Source: Rhynchobatus australiae (lineage: Eukaryota). From it: 64,000 bases of DNA. A program made the translations under genes and the position numbers. The notes beneath the pieces were generated by a model. It saw only the letters and a list, made by a program, of their open reading frames with translations, did no database searches and was not told the DNA's origin. The stretch is from assembly GCA_034780895.1 (NCBI GenBank), contig JAUZTB010000033.1:31275894-31339893 (forward strand). The letters run 5' to 3'. Position 1 is the first letter of the stretch; the number at the start of each line of letters is the position of its first letter. This document shows positions 9,830-64,000 of this stretch, piece by piece.

Positions 9830-12790
9830 GTGATTTTTGAAACTGACTTTATTAAAAACAAGTTATATATTTAACAGTTATGGAGTCACATTTAGTCCAT
9901 TAGGATGTGGACAGGATTTGGATAGAAATACTGTACATCTTCATTTAGTTAAAGAAAAAACATGATCAGGACATACATTTGGTTCTTAGATCTAAAGGCG
10001 GTATAGATCAGTCAAGGCAACAATTTTGCTCCCCACTGTGCTTTTTTGTTTTGCTACAGTTACAATTAATACAGCATAGCATCAAGTGGCGGCAAAATGA
10101 AATGTCATCAAATTATGGTAACAGTGGGACCCTCCTGTCCCCTACACAAGTCATATGCAAAATTTCACCGTCTCCCATTTAAGAACTTCTTTGCAAAAGT
10201 TTATCAGAATCTCTGCAAATACTTTTCAATGATAGTATAAGCAATACATAAAGGCAGTTTATTACTAATGTTTAAATTTCACTTTTCTCCTCAAAGAGTC
10301 CTAAATTCAACCTACTGTAGTGAAAATTAATGCTTTAGTTTCACATTCTGTGAAGGTGGTTCTGTTGAAACTACCCATTTGAAACTATCGTCAGCTTGGG
10401 AAATCATGAACAATCATCTATTGATTTTAATGGTTATTTATTCATCTTTAATAAGGGTGTAGATATGGAATTTTAAAAATGTTAAGGACAAGTTTATTTA
10501 CATTNNNNNNNNNNNNNNNNNNNNNNNNNNNNNNNNNNNNNNNNNNNNNNNNNNNNNNNNNNNNNNNNNNNNNNNNNNNNNNNNNNNNNNNNNNNNNNNN
10601 NNNNNNNNNNNNNNNNNNNNNNNNNNNNNNNNNNNNNNNNNNNNNNNNNNNNNNNNNNNNNNNNNNNNNNNNNNNNNNNNNNNNNNNNNNNNNNNNNNNN
10701 NNNNNNNNNNNNNNNNNNNNNNNNNNNNNNNNNNNNNNNNNNNNNNNNNNNNNNNNNNNNNNNNNNNNNNNNNNNNNNNNNNNNNNNNNNNNNNNNNNNN
10801 NNNNNNNNNNNNNNNNNNNNNNNNNNNNNNNNNNNNNNNNNNNNNNNNNNNNNNNNNNNTCTGAATTTGGTTTGTTAGAAACAACCTATTAAATAAATTG
10901 GCAACAGACACATGACATTTACCTGGTGCAAACTAAGCTGCGATATATGCAACAAATCAATATTTGGATAGAAGTGGGGGGAAAAAAAAAATCATTGAAA
11001 GAGCTGTAAACGTCTAAGATTAGAACAGTCGAAGCATTTAAGTAAATCATTCTGCTCTTGATGCAGTCAACAAACACTAAGTCAATAAGACATTATAAGG
11101 AAACAAAATACTACTTGGTCAGTTTGTGCAAATCTATCATTCAGAGGTACCCATGGTTGCAGAGGCAACAGCAAGTTTGCAGCAACTGTGGGCTTCTGCA
11201 GAGTTATTTACAGACTGGGGCAAATGTCAAGTCTGCCAGTTTTATGACCAACTTCAACTCTGCTGTGAGAGAAGACGAGTTGAATTGACAAAATACAACC
11301 ACCTTCCATTTTACTGCCTTGAACAATTCTACATTTCCAAGTTAACTGCCAAATCTTGCACATAATGCAGCAGCAAAAATGTTGCCTAGGAATGCAATCC
11401 AGTGGTGCATGAACTGAGTGTCATGTGCAGGGCATGGCTGAAAGGCAGATGGTTAAAGGAAGGTTCAATTAACTGTTCTGGTGCAGTGGAAGTGTTAGCA
11501 AACCTTCCCCAGATTTTTTGTATTTTCACCAAAAGTTTTCACCAAACACACACATACACACTTCTCAGAAAAGTCTTTACCCCTATTATTTCCATTGCAC
11601 TTCCCTAAGTGGCTTATCATCCTTCAGGAATTTTTTTCTGGCAACATATTGATTTTAACCCCAGAATATCAGTCAAGCGACTGAGGTGTGTTAGAAAGTA
11701 AACTGTAGCTTATAAAATTACTACTCATGGTGCTTTTCTGCAAGAGTTATAGCAACAAAAAAAATAACCACAGGTGAAACCGAATTGCATATTTGATGTG
11801 CCTTTTCAATTTTACAACTTATTTTTCTGCATGCATGTCTAGTACTGTAACAGGAAAGCAATAGAGAAAATATATCCCAAGAAATCCACGTTTCATCTAA
11901 TAGTTGAAATCTTTTGAATTTTGCTATTAGCAATACTTATTTATGTGACTGCAAAGTCACAGATTCTCTCAACTCAGATTTTGGACCCAAGAAGAATAGT
12001 AAAGGATCTGCACTTTAATTCATAACTTCACTCTTATACTTTGGCATTCACTGTTCAGCTTCACCTTTCACACAATTGTTATCTCATGACCATGTCTGAG
12101 ATACTTAATGGTTGAGCAAGCCTTCCCATGCACTCATTTTGTTCGCTTTTNNNNNNNNNNNNNNNNNNNNNNNNNNNNNNNNNNNNNATCTTCTTCAATG
12201 GCAAAAACCACAGAAAACACGGAGGCCACACCACCACAAATGAAAGGTCTCCTTCACAGAGCACATACTCTACCTGTGTTTTAACAGATAATCCTTGGGG
12301 CAGTAACACTTGTATCCTTTTTGTTTTCATTTCCACTAAAAGCAGCCCAGTGACATGAAGTTACAGCGATTAATATCCTTGTGCCTGGTCTTACTTGTGC
12401 TGTTCCCTGGGAAATATTACATGTCTGAGTAAGCCAGTGAATTTAGCACCTTGAATTTAATTGAGAGTTAACAGAGAAAGGCATTGTTTCACACTGTAAA
12501 TTGTTAAGTGCTTCTACAGTTTCTTTTGGCACACACAATTTCCCACCATCCTGTCATCAGAGAAATTAAGATATTAAATGAAGGTGACATTAAGTGCATG
12601 CAACTGTATTTTTCGAGATTTTATCTAACTGATTGGTCCACTGGCGATGTGCATCAGCTGAAATTGCTGTTTGTCCACAGTTAAAGTCTTCTTTCAAGTA
12701 AATTGCAGGAGTCTGGTTGGATTTCTCTTTGCAAATTGTTCCACTTTTCACATACTTTGTGCAAAGTGTGGTAGGGAGGGGAGTGGTCAG
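9830..12790 (-). other. PIK3C2A: Probable 3'UTR of PIK3C2A
   Basis: AT-rich, essentially TE-free sequence between the stop codon and the candidate poly(A) signals at 10493-10498 and 9848-9853; the 3' boundary is inferred. Confidence 0.45.
9848..9853 (-). promoter_or_regulatory. Candidate distal polyadenylation signal of PIK3C2A
   Basis: AATAAA on the minus strand followed by a GU/U-rich downstream tract (atggttttgtatcttctgacttgggttttgctc); lies at the end of a repeat-poor stretch downstream of the stop codon. Confidence 0.5.
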
Positions 12791-63684
<50,894 letters not shown>

Positions 63685-64000
63685 CTGCAAGATACACAAA
63701 GAAACTTCAGACATTTCAAATTATATTTAAGGTCTTTTGTTTAAAAAACAGCCTTGATGGAGAATTTAATAGGTGCACCTTCAAATAATTACTCAAAGAG
63801 CAGCTGCATAAGCAATCTTAACTTTCATACACAGGCTACGACTTAGACTACAAGTTGGTTCCTTAAAAAAACTTGCGCCTGATTGAATTAAAATCCAATG
63901 AATGTTTTATGCCAGACCACTTGTAATTTTCACAATATGAATCATATACCAAATACTGTAATTTAATTTGTTCCTGATAGTATTTCACTTAAAGTCTGCT

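Noticed and set aside
9036-10911. Long ORFs spanning N-runs (also at ~16082, ~17982, ~44936, ~46124, ~52699, ~53758)
   Set aside because: Artefacts of translating N as X; the gaps usually abut repeats and are assembly or masking gaps.

Overview
Vertebrate genomic DNA, most likely from a cartilaginous fish (shark/ray). This is inferred from the repeat content: CR1 LINEs, HE1-type V-SINEs, Penelope-like elements and Rex1/Babar. The window contains many N-gaps. It is dominated by the 3' portion of PIK3C2A (class II PI3-kinase alpha) on the minus strand. I mapped 28 coding exons by hand between 63684 and the stop at 12791. All introns are GT-AG and all phases are consistent (3625 nt, about 1207 aa), covering the end of the Ras-binding region, the helical bundle, N-C2, helical, kinase, PX and C-terminal C2 domains. 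The 5' exons lie beyond the right edge, and a probable ~3 kb 3'UTR extends to ~9830. The most striking item is absent from the ORF track: a full-length but strongly divergent 7SL/SRP RNA gene at 897-1192 (+). Its substitutions are largely compensatory and preserve the SRP secondary structure, which suggests a functional variant SRP RNA rather than a pseudogene. Also noted: a probable decayed retroviral env remnant (~3480-4125), a candidate 34-nt poison exon in a PIK3C2A intron, and several inverted or tandem repeat structures.
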